Below are positions 12,822-25,987 of a DNA stretch of 64,000 nucleotides, one piece after another. The DNA comes from Lytechinus pictus. Its lineage: Eukaryota. Both the position numbers and the translations under genes were made by a program. The notes under the pieces are model-generated. The model was given only the letters and a program-made list of their open reading frames with translations. It was not told the origin of the DNA and ran no database searches. Location of the stretch: NCBI RefSeq assembly GCF_037042905.1, contig NC_087252.1, positions 26,352,001 through 26,416,000 of the forward strand. The letters run 5' to 3'. Within the stretch, counting starts at the first letter, position 1. Every line of letters begins with the position of its first letter.

Positions 12822-13058
12822 CTGGAGAGAGAATCGTACAAATTAAAACATGAACATGAAAAACTTAATCTTCTGAAGCTTGCAAGACCATTTGTACCAA
12901 GTGATCAGGGGGGTTGTTCCACAAAGATTAAAGCATGACTTAGAGTTGCACTTACATGCAGACGCATACATGATATGCAACGCACAATCTTCTTGATTAA
13001 TATCCAGTATTGCGCATCCTCTTGGCATGATCTGACCAATGCGGTCATGCCTTTTATA

Positions 13059-13340
13059 TAATAATAATAATAATAACGGCATATTTACCCAGGGTAGCCA
13101 CTTCAGTTCCGAAAACTGTTCTCCCAGCGGGCCCTGCTACAATTATTACCCCGGCTTTAGCACGGCTACCTTGATCGGGCACTCGAGCATTCGAGGAATT
13201 TCTTCCTACCGGGTACCCATTCACCTCACCTGGGTCAAGTGCGGCACAATGTGGATAAATTTCTTGCCGAAGGAAATTACGCCATGGCTGGGATACGAAC
13301 CCACGACCCTCTGTTTCAAAGTCTGGAGACTAATCCACAT
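13059..13340 (-). mobile_element. tRNA-derived SINE
   Basis: B-box-like GTTCGTATCC (rc of 13291-13300), (TAT)n tail; core ggtacccatt(c/t)acctcacctgg shared with 31765-32075 and 35982-36256. Confidence 0.72.
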
Positions 13341-14104
13341 GCAACTAGGCATTTAAGTGCAACTATAAGTCATACTTAAATCTTTGTTAAACACCCCCCT
13401 GGAAAGGTAGTTGGTAAATTGCCACTTGGTCTACACCCAGTTTGCCTACTTTCCATTTGGTCTCATCCCACATGGTCTCATCTTAGATGTCTACCACCAG
13501 CTTGTCTACTAACAATCATCAACATCTGCAAAACACTCAAACAAAAACATGAACATATCACTCAATCTTCTTAAAACCTATTTAAGTTTTGGTGAATCAC
13601 CCAAAAATACATTTTAACTTATTCCAATTCATTAATAGATAATAGGAATGTGTATGCCCTGAAACAGTTATGATGTGGAAAATTGTGGAGGATGAATATG
13701 TGAATATTCTTGGAAAATAATTTATGAAATAAAATAAAACATAAAATTCAACATGTTTAACTAGATAAATTTGCCTTTTCACATTTTATTATACATGGAC
13801 ACAGTGAATCCAATTCTAACATATTTTCTTCAGGCACATCCATGCATTAAGACAACGAGCGCTTCTTCATGGAAATTTAAGTGCACTTAAAAAACTTAAG
13901 AGGGGTTTAAAACAACCTATTAAACCTCTTTTGCGAATTCAGGCAAATAAGATGACAAGTCAAAAGCCACAATATCTGCAACCCTTACAACTATCAATCA
14001 TCAGAGAAAACTATATTTTTTGGTTAGTTTGATAGAGATACTTATAGAAGATTCTTGCACTTGTCAATGATGTACTGTTTCTCAACTGGCCATGTCATCT
14101 TTAA

Positions 14105-14697
14105 AGGACAAGTCCACCTCAACAAAAAGTTGATTTTAATTAAAAGAGACAAATTCAACAAGCATAACACTGAAAATGTCATCAAAATCGGATGTAAAAT
14201 AAGAAAGTTATGACATTTCAAAGTTTTGCTTAATTTCACAAAACAGTTATATGCACATCTTGGTGGATATGCAAATGAGGGGACTGATGACGTCATCCAC
14301 TCACTATTTCTTTTGTATTTTATTATATGAAATAGGGAATATTCTATTTTTCTCTTCATTGTCAAGTGAAACAACGATTGATTCCACCCTGAACATGTGG
14401 AATGAGTATTGTTTAATAATATATGATTCAGTCAAGTTGGTCCTTATTGTCAAATCTGAAAAAAATGAAATATTGTATAAATCAAACAATAAAAAACAAA
14501 AGAAATAGTGAGTGAGGGACGTCATCGACTGTCTCATTTGAGTTGTGCATATCACTGTTTTGTGAAAAATAAGCAAAACTTTAAAATGTCGTAAGTTTCT
14601 TAGTTTACATCCGATTTTGATGAAATCTTCAGCGTTTTGCTAGTTTGATTTTTCTCTATTTATTCAAATCAACATTTTTCTGGGGTGGACTTGACCT
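14105..14697. mobile_element. Non-autonomous TTAA-target DNA transposon (Kolobok-like), family A
   Basis: TTAA|AGGACAAGTCCACC...GGTGGACTTGACCT|TTAA with long internal inverted repeats; siblings at 35076, 49114 and 62734. Confidence 0.85.
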
Positions 14698-15695
14698 TTA
14701 AGGCTCCTAACATTGCCCATACACAGATTGAAGATGAACTGAGTAAAATGATAAATCATTCTGCCCGGGTATCATCACCTCTCAAGGTTTTGAAATATCG
14801 CACAATTTTTCTTTTCTAAAATACTTTTACCTTTCTAAAATACTAAGTTACTTATCATACCTTGCCAATGCAAACTAACGTTTTAGAAGAACATAGTAAG
14901 AGGACTATATTTCTTTTACCATGCATCTCTGTATTGCCCATGACCATAGACCATATCTCCGACCTACAAACCTTCCCAACATCCTCAAGCAAGAAAAATA
15001 ATACACCTATGAATTATGTCTTCATATTGCTCCCAGCTTATCAAGGATTTACAGACGACTCTTAAAATCAACTCTCCTTTCAGTTACCGAGATAGGGAGA
15101 AAGGTTCAACGTTGGGCAGGTGGCGACAAACCAAATTGCCAATTTAGGGATCAGAGAGTGTCTGGGTGTGCAGAGAAGTGCCAAGTGGCAGGAAAGATCA
15201 ATTAGAAGCTGTCATATCTCCAGATGACGGCCTGAGGGTTTCCATTCATGAGTTTTCAAACGCAGGGCATGGCCTAGGTCTGCAGTTAGCCCATATTGTT
15301 TCATTGGGTATCACAGGAGGAGGTATTAGTGATTTTCACTGGCAACTGTTACAAGTTGCTGAAATGCTGGCGTGTGATTGGCCGGGAGAAAAATAAGTGA
15401 GTGAAATCGATGACAAAAGGCTTCATGATAGGCCTATGCTCCCCTGATAAATGGCTTGATTTGATTTAAGTTTGGTTTACCAATAAAGCCACTCAAAATA
15501 GCAGGCAGTGACTGAAAATTAACTGAATTTATGGGAATAATATAACTGCATTGAGTTAAATTTGACTTTGATAGAATAAAATGGTATTAAGTTGCATGAG
15601 ATCACACAGCGACCTCCAAGGGCAGAAAAAGGTCAATTTCAATGGAAGTAATATCAGACCAAGAGTAGTCCAGTCAACCCTTTCATTGTACTTAA

Positions 15696-16279
15696 AGGAG
15701 AATGAAACTCTTGGAGCAAGTTAGCTTTTGTGAAAGCAGAAAAATCAAAGAATAAGATCAACAAAAGTTTGAGTAAAATAGGACTAGCAATAGAAGAGTT
15801 ATGAACATTTGAATGTCGAGATCACTAATGCTATGGAGATTCTCCCATTGGCAATGCGACTAAGATCTATGATGTCACAGATGAACAACTCTCCCCTTTT
15901 GGACACTGAAAATATACCCCAAAACATCTCTTATTGCTAATTCTAATCATATGACAAACGATTCATCAATGATATAATGTTGTGAAACCTCTGTACTTGT
16001 CCTCTCATAAAGAGAACACCTCACCTTGTGATAGACTCTATAAAAGTGAGAATATATGTGAAATAAGTACTAAAGTAATGAGGGAGTTGTACGTGTGTGA
16101 CATCACAGATCTTGGTCGCATTGCCAAAGGGAGGAACTATATGGCACTAGTGATCTCAATATTCAAATGCTCATAACTTTCTTATTATTCATTCAATCTT
16201 CCTCAAACATTCAACAATATGTTTCTTTGATTTTTCTCTTCAATATGGATTCAGCTGGTTTTAAGGGTTTCATTCTCCT
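15696..16279. mobile_element. Non-autonomous TTAA-target DNA transposon (Kolobok-like), family B
   Basis: TTAA|AGGAGAATGAAAC...GTTTCATTCTCCT|TTAA; inverted, highly similar copy at 23164-23751. Confidence 0.88.
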
Positions 16280-16659
16280 TTAATGAGTATCCACGTACAT
16301 TAAAATCCATTCATCGATTGCCTGATCAGTGGATATGTCAACTTTTTTTACTCTTAGCTATTTACATTCAAAACCATGATATAACAAGAAATAAAACTAA
16401 GAGAGAGGAATAAAGGAAATGGCCATCTTCCTTTTTAAGCAGGTCAAGCTCTTCTGTGTCATAGGAACTACAGATAATACAGAGGTCAAATTAAGGTATA
16501 ATTTTTATATAGCAGCATAGATGCCAATATAGCAAAATAGATACCTTGATGTTAGATAAAGAAACATTGCCCATAAAACGATCTTACCAAACTCGGTGTT
16601 CTGACATACACAATACAACATGACCCCAGATGGACCAAAGCTATTGCATTATTCTGAAT

Positions 16660-17109
16660 AGGTACATTCAGACCGACTTGTTCACCAGAATGCCCATTCA
16701 TTTATGAGAACTTGTTCCAGCCTCAAAAATACCTAATAATTACAACGCATTCAGACCGACCGCAAGCAGACCATTTTGGGGTAAGTTCTTGAAGTGTACA
16801 GAGTGTGCAGTATGGGTCTGATTAGCAGGCAAGGTGTGAGCAGTACACAGCGCCCTCACCCAACTATTTGCAGGGTTGAGAAAGTTGTCATAATCTACTT
16901 CCACAATGCCAAAATACCAACGACCTTGAAAAAAAATTCTAATTTCAGCAAGTCCCTACGACTTAGCGGGTATTTTTATTCGCAGATATTACAAGTCTTT
17001 TGCTTTCACATTGGCAAAAATACCTGTTATTTTCTGATCAGGGCGGATCAGGATAAATTACCCCAACAGAGAATGCCTGGTATGAACTTCGAGGCGGTCT
17101 GAAAGCACC
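16660..17109. mobile_element. Diverged MITE of the same family as 17786-18261
   Basis: Shares the right end aacttcgaggcggtctgaaa and internal blocks. Confidence 0.65.
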
Positions 17110-17439
17110 GTTTGGCATAGTATCCGCCAGTTAAAGTATAAGGGTTTCATTGGTTTGCCTATAGAATTAATGTTTGATAATTAACACTTGTCTATCGTAA
17201 GTCAATCAAATAGTCTCCAAAGAATTGGTTTCTGTAATAGCATAATTACGATTTAATGGAGGAAATTATATCACTCTAATTAAGAAGGAAATCCATAATG
17301 ACAATTGTCCAGTTTTAGCTGACTGCTAAGAAAGTATTGTAGACTCAACGAGTGATCAACTGGTAGACCAATGGCGTGGAGTAATTTCTGAGAGACATGG
17401 TCATACGGAATAACTTTATAAAAGGGGTACTATGACCTA

Positions 17440-17750
17440 TTCATCACAATCATCATCACCACAATCATGATGATCATCATCATTTTTCATTAATCATCAT
17501 TTTCATCGTCACATCACCATCAATATCACCAAAACTATCATCACCATCATCATCACATGATCATCACCATCATCATCACCCACATCATCACCATCACCAT
17601 CATCCTTACCATCATCATCATCTTCATCATCACCATCATCACCTCCATCATCATCACCATCATCACCTCCATCATCATCATCATTATCATCACCATCATC
17701 ATCACCATCATCATCATCATCACCATCATCACTTTAATCACCATCAACGT
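17440..17750. repeat. (CAT/CAC)n microsatellite
   Basis: Read directly; a similar tract lies at 18295-18585. Confidence 0.95.
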
Positions 17751-17785
17751 TAAACGTTAAAGTCATTATTTCTCAGGAGAGAAAA

Positions 17786-18261
17786 GGTGGTTTCAAACCG
17801 CCTCGATCACAAGAATCCCCGTTAAATTACGAGAACTTTTTTAGGCTGAAAAATACCCATTAATTATTCCTGCATTCACACCGCCCTGAAACATACCCTT
17901 CGGGATAAGTTCCTGAAGTTACGAGCATGCGCAGTATGGTCTGATAAGCAGCAAGGCGCGAAATTCAAAATCACTAGCCCAGCAGCAACCCATGCACGGC
18001 GCCGCACCCAACGACACGCTGCGCTAAAAGTTCCCGTAATTTGCTTTCAGACCGCCAAAATACCCACGACCTTGGAAAAATCCCCGCGAAAGTTCTCGTA
18101 ATTTCGCCAAGTACCTACTATTTATCGGGTATTTTCTTTCGGGGATATTACGCGTAGTTTGCTTTCAGACCGCCAAAATACCTGGTATTTTCTGATCGGG
18201 GTAAATTTCCCGATCAGAGAATACCTGGAACTGGCGAACTTCGAGGCGGTCTGAAACCACC
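17786..18261. mobile_element. MITE (Harbinger-like TIRs)
   Basis: TIRs GGTGGTTTCAAACCGCCTCGA / TCGAGGCGGTCTGAAACCACC; TSD unclear. Confidence 0.75.
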
Positions 18262-18596
18262 TAGTGTAAACCTGGTTCCAAGCTCACATCAGTAGCCGCC
18301 ATCATCATCATCATCATCACCATCATCCTCATCATCGCCAGCACCATCATCGTCACCATCACCATCGCTATCATCATCAGTCATTAACATCATCATCACC
18401 ATCACCATCATGATCATCACAATCATTACCATCATCATGATAACTGTTAAACTTACCTCCATACCTATATTGATTTGGAGACAGAGTACCCCAATCCCAA
18501 GCTTTCAGCAGTAACCGCCATTACCATCATTGACAACATCACCACCATCAGCACCACCACCAACACCACCATCATCATCACCAAGGTTAAACTCAC

Positions 18597-18713
18597 CTAT
18601 ACATCTTTGTTTGTCCGGAGAGAGTGTAAACCCAGTTCCACATTCACAGCTGTATCCTCCTTCTGTATTCACACACCGCTGGTCGCACTGTGAATTCTGA
18701 CATTCATTCACAT
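18597..18713 (-). CDS. cbEGF exon
   Basis: tttctag/gtgag ends, 117 nt: DVNECQNSQCDQRCVNTEGGYSCECGTGFTLSPDKQRCI. Confidence 0.95.
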
Positions 18714-18832
18714 CTAGAAAAAAAATAAAAAAATAAAAATCAATGAATTTGCAAAACTTTGACAATACAATTCGCAAGGAAAATATATGACAGAATAAAG
18801 GCTTATGATATTGGAAATATATGAAGCATAAA

Positions 18833-19639
18833 CAGTGCGTCCTACAAAGTATGAAGCCAAGATTTATTGATGATTTATTTAATATAACTCAAACACAAAT
18901 ACAATAGACAAAAGACCTATCATTGTAAAGCTTAGCGTCTCCTATTTTATCTAAAATAATTGAGATGATTCCTAATCCATGCATGAGTGAGCAAAATCAA
19001 TTTGAAGAAAGTATACCAAAAAGTCACTTGGAGGGCGGTATCTGAGTTTCCAAAAGAAAAAATCACCTTTCCAAATAGGTTCAATATCTGCTCTCTGATT
19101 TGATACCTCATTTGCAGAAAATGGTCAAGAACCAACGAATTAATGTGTATTTGAAATAAGGCTTGAACTCCAATAATTTCATAAAATGAAGAGGTTTTAC
19201 AGGCTAGCTGTCAGACTTAATCGACACTCTGTTTTGTTGACAATTATCAATGCATTAGGTCTTTTGATAAACGTGTGATAGCTTTGGTGGGAAACTGGTG
19301 AAAACATGCTTGTTTCATGAAAGTATGGAAATACAAGCATTGTTTCGTAGAAATAAAACTTTGTTAATTCTTGAACATTTTCTGTGATTGTTGTATCGAA
19401 GAGCAGATATTGAACTTTTGAGACACGTGATTTTCTTTTTGAAATTCAGATACTTCCAGCTGAGAGACTGGTATACTTTCTTCAAATTGTTTTTACTCAC
19501 TCATGCCTGAAGTTATTTCAGCTGATAGAGCAGACACTAAGCTTTACAATGATAGGTTATTTGTCTATTTTATTTGTGATTAAGTTTTAATAAATCACCA
19601 ATAAATCTAATTTTCGTTTGTTTTTTATGGGACGCACTG
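18833..19639. mobile_element. Non-autonomous Tc1/mariner-like element
   Basis: TIR CAGTGCGTCC...GGACGCACTG followed by TA; ~110 bp of imperfect subterminal inverted repeat. Confidence 0.7.
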
Positions 19640-20755
19640 TATAGGCCTAAATATATTTGAATCTGTATAGTTAAGTCTGTCTACAGCTACTTCAGGTAGG
19701 AAAAAAAGTTGTAATAGTCAATTTTAAAGGGTTATCTCTTAAATCACTAATTAGGTGTATTAGTTATATTCAGACAAATCAGATTTAATTTTACACTTAT
19801 TTGACAGTTATTCTATAATAATAATTATTTATTTACTATGTCAATGATATCATACACCTAAGTAGTTTATATTTTACTGTTATTGTATTGTCTACAGGAT
19901 AACTATTCTCATTTCATCAATTCCTCAAAAATTGAATATGTTATCTTTGAACAATTTTTGTATTAGTGATAAATATATTAAAATTTATATAAATTATTTT
20001 ATGTTAACAGGACCATGCTGAAAAACAGTCAATCTGAGCTTGTTATCCTGTATAAAGATATTTTAATAAATAAATAAAAATGAATAAATAATAATGATAA
20101 TAGATGCATTACAATCAAACACATGCATCCTTTTTTTTTCTCATCCATATCTTGTGCTCCCCTCTTCTTGTCCCCCACCCACTCAAGTTGAGAAAATGAT
20201 TGGAATAAAATGTGATTGTAATAAATTCCCAGCAAAACTGATCCTGACATAATAGGTTTAGACCTGTCAGACTTCATCATACGATTTGTGAGGACAAGAC
20301 ACATTCATTTCCATTATATATGTCTAGCCATTCATGATGTTTCATAAAACTTGCTATGATAAACCAACAGAAAATATGATATCTGTGAAAGCTTCTGAAT
20401 CATTTTTGTCCAGTCTAGTTCAAGTATGAAACATTCAACTAATGCCCAAGATTTATTTTAAAGCTATATTTTGGCCAAAGTTATAATTGACAGACACAAA
20501 CTGGAATAATAACATATTAGATTTCACACAAAGCATTGTATGGAAAATATTTTATGTAAAAAAAATAGACAATAGAAAAAGAAGAAAAAATGGAGCTGAA
20601 GATTTCAATATTTAAATTCATTCCGACTCTAAACTGATATAGGTCTACAATGTAAGTGCAGTAGAGGGAATAATTATTTCCTGGGCCTTTACACATTCCA
20701 TAGGTCCATGATTGGAATGACTTTCCTGAAGGCACAAAAATTTGTATCCATGAAT

Positions 20756-20990
20756 TCTCACAACCGGGAGGTCAGGGGTTCAAACCCCGGCCGCGTCAGA
20801 CCAAAAGACGTTAAAAGATGGGAGTTGCTGCTACCCTATTTGCTGTTCAACGATTAAAGGGATAGAGCCTCGTCGATCTGGCGCTGCACAGAGGCTGCGG
20901 GGCCCACGATCAATTGGGTAAAGCAAATTTTCGGAGTATTTCATTTCATGTCTATTTCGAACAATAAATTATGGATTTTCATTTTCATCA
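20756..20990 (+). mobile_element. tRNA-derived SINE (5'-truncated)
   Basis: Copy of 8868-9116. Confidence 0.75.
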
Positions 20991-23163
20991 TTAGTACTGT
21001 TATATTGAAATTATCTAGAAAATTTTCATTAGCAGAAATTCACTTCGTGAACACACTATGGATAGCTGTAAACAAACTGAGTGACACTTTTTTAATTACC
21101 ACAAAATCACTCAATTATAATTTCAAAAAACACATAGAACTTATAGGAACCGGACATCATAGGCCTCACACAAAATTAACCTTACATGCATAGGGGGCCT
21201 AATATGTATGGTGTGTAACGTAAACAGGATTACTACATAAAGACATCAGTCATCAGTAATAAAAATCAAATAATTGGCAGATAATATCTTTTCCCCTGTG
21301 TATTGGTTGCATGCCAATGAAAACCTGTACTATGCCAAGGTCCATCAGTAGGCCTAGTATCAAAAAGTTTGAGATTTACTTTGTATATGTATGAAAAGTT
21401 ACTACGAATGTAATCATTGATTCTTAAATCTAGTGAATTAGAATTTCACTGTTGGTTCAATGACGTCACTTATTTGAGTAACTTGTCATACATGTATATT
21501 TGTTTTCTGCAAGACAACTACGTTCAATTACAAATCAAGAGGAAGTCACAAAATCAAGCATAATAAGTTAAGTTGGAATTGATCACAGATCAATTACAAA
21601 CTTGTGGACATACGCTTGATTTTTAATTGAACAAAAGGTTCTAGCATCAACCCATTATACTCAATATCTCATTTGAATTAAATGCCACATGGAAGTAAAA
21701 AAAATTAAAGGTATTAGGAGTTTCATAAGCCTTGAAAAACATAATTACAAAACTTTACAAAGTTCAACCAACATTTCAATGTCATCAACCTTGAAAATAA
21801 TAACCAATTGTCTAGACCACTTCAGGGGCAAGTCAGAGTATTCCTTACAGCTTATATGTTTTTCGGTGGTTGAAACGTGGTACAATTATCCGGTATTTCC
21901 TTCAGTTTTATTTTGGCTTGTATGAAAGGAAGCCGGCGGAAACGGGCCATATGTGGAAGGAAGCAAGTCGGGGGAGGAACGTCAGATCATAGGACTGATG
22001 TGAAAGTACCTTGTGTATATACCGATGAATGTAAAGGGCATGACAGTGAGAAGAATTAATAGTTTACGGTGCTACAAACCAAAAAAAAAATAACATAGTG
22101 CATACAATACATTAGCAAACGCAGTTGTTCACAGACTCCAATTTTTCTTGATCTGTTGAGATCAACCTTATGGGGGATGAATTTGAACTTTAAATACTTA
22201 CATATAGATAGGGAGTTTGGGGGCCACATACTATTCAATATTTCTTGATCTATTGAGATAAACCTTTTGGGGATGAATTTGAATATATAGATAGGGTGTT
22301 TTGGGGCACTGATCCTTTAAAAAGTTCCACTACCAAGGAAACTAAGAGAAGGATATGACAAATCTATCACTAACTTATTTTAAAAAGGTCAAAATTTTGT
22401 CCCAGATGCTGTGTTGTGCTCCCTCAAAAATAGTATATACCTCATTAGCCACTACCTGACATAATGACAAATGGAATACTTTTGCCTCAATTTGCAAACT
22501 TCTTCAAGGTTTGGTGTTAGAATGTGAAATCTATATTGACAGTAAAAGAGGAAACGTTGCATCAAAACCACATTGTGGTAATGAACTTCGCAGCTTGTCT
22601 GGGCAAAAATAAGTTACTTCAACCAATGTAAAACCACATGTCTTGTTTTTAAGTAGAATTCCTGTCAATTAATCTGTGTGTCTAATCCTAATCCTAACAT
22701 TGAATTTAGTGCAAAAGCTTTAAGGCAATAGAATAACATGTAAGTTTATCATGGTGTATAATATTACAGAAGTGTAATTGTTTTTGTGATTTCCTGAGTT
22801 TTTTTCTCTTTGAATACTTTAATCTGTTTTAAACTACTGTTCACTAAAACCTAAAGCATTAGAAAACAACAAGGGATATAAAAAAGAAAAATACAAAACA
22901 TGGAGTTGTTTTTTTCTGATAACAGTAAGGAAACATTGTATACTTTTTTGTTATTTAATTTTTTTTTTATTAAAAAAAAAATATTTGATATGCTGACCAT
23001 TGAAAAATCTTTTAAAAAGACTATTCAGGAAATGTGCATTCATAACAATATTCAACGCAATATCATAAAAAATACACAACATTTTGAACTAACGAATTAG
23101 TTTTTATGTTAAATCAATCAAAGTAAAAGCTCCTCAATGCATATCAAAATGTCAGTTTGTTAA

Positions 23164-23751
23164 AGGAGAATGAAACCCTTGAAACCAGCTAAATCCATAT
23201 CAAAGAGAAAAATCAAAGAAACATATTGTTGAAAGTTTGAGGAAGATTGAATGAATAATAAGAAAGTTATGAGCATTTGAATATTGAGATCACTAATGCC
23301 ATGTAGATCCTCCCATTGGCAATGTGACCAAGATCTGTGATGTCACACACGTACAACTCCCTCATTACTTGAGTACTTATTTCACTTATATTCTCACTTT
23401 TATAGAGTCTATCACAATTAAGGTGAGGTGTTCTCTTTATGAGAGGACAAATACAGAGGTTTCACAACATTATATCATTGATGAATCGTTTATCATATGA
23501 TTAGAATGAGCAAAAAGAGATGTTTTGGGGTATATTTTCAGTGTCTAAAAGGGGAGAGTTGTTCATCTGTGACATCATAGATCTTGGTCGCATTGCCAAT
23601 GGGAGGATCTCCATAGCATTAATGATCTCGACATTCAAATGCTCATAACTCTTATATTGCTAGTCCTATTTTACTCAAACTATTGTTGATCTTATTCTTT
23701 GATTTTTCTGCTTTCACAAAAGCTAACTTGCTCTAAGAGTTTCATTCTCCT
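23164..23751. mobile_element. TTAA-target element, family B (inverted relative to 15696-16279)
   Basis: TTAA TSD, AGGAGAATGAAAC TIRs. Confidence 0.88.
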
Positions 23752-23762
23752 TTAAAGTCTAA

Positions 23763-24226
23763 GAGGCCGTTCTCATTACACTTTCTAAAACTAGTTTACT
23801 GGAAACCGATTCAGGAAACCACTTTGGAAGATCGCTTTGCTAGCGTTCCCACTTGATCACACGAAGGTGGTTTTCAAAATCACTTCACGTAAAGCGCTCT
23901 TGTTGCTATGGAAACGCTCTCAGTGGGGTGACACGTTTTGCGGGAAATTCGAAACCGCAGCATAGGCATTCTACACCTGTCGTGTGGAGTAGCGCGCTCA
24001 AAATGTGCGAAGATCGCTTCCCGAAGAACGGTTGTGTCCTCACTTACGCTAAAACCAGTTTAACGAGGCAAAGCGATCTTAAAAACTACATCGCAAGGTG
24101 GTTTTCCAAACTGGTTTGGAAGATCGCTTCCAAGACTGCTTTGACCGTTCTCACTACGCGTTAAACTAGTTTCCACTAAACTAGTTTCCAGTAAACTAGT
24201 TTTAGGAACGTAGTGAGAACAGCCTC
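23763..24226. mobile_element. MITE, PIF/Harbinger-like
   Basis: TIR GAGGC(C/T)GTTCTCA(T/C)TAC..., TAA TSD; inverted, near-identical copy at 30656-31118. Confidence 0.9.
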
Positions 24227-24519
24227 TAAGCTATTATTGCTCAACTGTCAGCCTTCAGAAGGCCGCTTTTGAAAGTTGAAATCTATTTTTGACAAGATGA
24301 GGAAATGTTTCATAGAAACCGCTTGATAGAGGACAATGTAGCATCAGACTTTAAGATAACATTGTCTGCATTAAAGATTTGATTCATCAATTACAAAACC
24401 ACATGTATTATAGGGTTCGGTTACTGTCAACTTTGTTCAAAACTTTACACGAGTAGACTGGAGATTAAATCAAGTTTTTAGTTTTGGTAAACCCCAAAAA
24501 ATGCGTCTGTCACTATTCC

Positions 24520-24588
24520 GAGATAGATGGATGGATGGATGGATGGATGGATAGATAGATAGATAGATAGATAGAAGATAGATAGATG
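24520..24588. repeat. (GATG)n/(GATA)n microsatellite
   Basis: Read directly; on the minus strand it follows AATAAA, like a retroposon 3' tail. Confidence 0.9.
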
Positions 24589-25501
24589 GTTTATTAATAA
24601 AAATCAAGACATCATCGCGAGTAAGGCCGAATTAGGATGTATTTACAAGGTAATAATGACACAAAACATGTTCAAACAATAACACAGATAATTACAAATA
24701 ATTAATACAGATAAAGTATGATATTGGAACTACTTGTGTTGTGGAATTCTTGAAAGTTTTTTTTATTAATCACCTTTTATTCGTAAAAAAGGGAATCAAA
24801 TACAATAATATGCCCAGGTTATCAGTTCTAAACGAACAAAATACAGGGCAACATTAATTGAATACAGTATATGTATACATAAACAAACATAAAACAAGAG
24901 ATGATAATTATTTACATATCAAACGCGTCAATTCGATTCAAAACAAAATTTATACTTAGAGTGGTGAGAAGGGGGAAGCAGGGGATGTGCTATCCTGTGG
25001 TTTAACTTAGGTTGTTCTGATTTTAAAATGAGGTCATTGTACTAACATATGGTATTACAAAAATATATAAATTATGCAATTATGAATATATAAACAAATA
25101 AAGAGTAAATTCACATAAGTAAGCCTAGATCTTGAGTTTATATTTTGTATATATAAAAAATGTGATTTTGTTCCGCAAATTATGATATATTACAGTCTGG
25201 CATACATAAATGAAACAAGAATGGTTGGAATAAAAAAAAATTACGGTGGGAAGAATGAGGAAGCAAGGGCTGATGGAAAAGAAATGGTGTAGAAAAGGTT
25301 TGGAAGAAGAGAAGAAATATGAAAACGGGAGAAGGCCGGAAAATAGATAAAGAGGTAGAGAGGGGGTGAAGTATAAGGAAAAGGGAAGAGGAATCAGCCC
25401 TTACGCCATAATTATCTGAACAGCATAATAATGACAGAAAAAATTGCAAATATTTATCTTGAGATGTACAACAATCATATTGGGGAAATTCAGAATGAGA
25501 T

Positions 25502-25987
25502 TTAGTGAAGAAGTGTCATGTCGGTCCACTGAGGTTCACTCTTTGCATTGTAGATTACGTATGAACCAATTAGTGCTAATTTACTCATTGTAAGGATAGT
25601 ATCTTTGTATTTCCTTGAACCGGCGTGATGTAGAATTGTCTTAATTTGCTGTTTATTGTCTCTGGTAACCACCCCTCTACTTCCGACTTCAAAACATATC
25701 AGATGCGACTCATAATTCTTAACAAACTCTTCATGCGAGGAGAGGAATTCTTGAATGATAGTCGTCATCTGATCGCCGGCTCTGGCGGTCGATTCTCGGT
25801 CGGAGGCGAGTTCATGGTGCAGTGGAGACAAAAGTTCCCTTAATTCTCTGTCATAATCACTCCATTCATATGTATTCAAAGAAGGAATGTTGAATTTAAG
25901 GAAGGCTGTAGTTTGGTGACAATAGATGGACAATGTCATTAGAATAAGAAAGACCGTCGAGGTCCGTCGAACTGCCATGGCGAACAT
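25502..25987 (-). CDS. 161-aa ORF resembling an internally deleted RLE-clade non-LTR retrotransposon protein
   Basis: C-terminal LICFEVGSRG...NK...SKLALIGSYVIYNAKSEPQW resembles the end of RLE domains; EWSDYDRELRELL...MTTII resembles the pre-RT segment; no RT between them; hydrophobic N-terminus. Family call is by motif recognition only. Confidence 0.6.
   Translation of the reverse strand: MFAMAVRRTSTVFLILMTLSIYCHQTTAFLKFNIPSLNTYEWSDYDRELRELLSPLHHELASDRESTARAGDQMTTIIQEFLSSHEEFVKNYESHLICFEVGSRGVVTRDNKQQIKTILHHAGSRKYKDTILTMSKLALIGSYVIYNAKSEPQWTDMTLLH

Noticed and set aside
23853..24164. Matching ORFs at 23853-24164 (+) and 30829-31029 (-)
   Set aside because: They are chance frames inside the two copies of one MITE, with no transposase motifs
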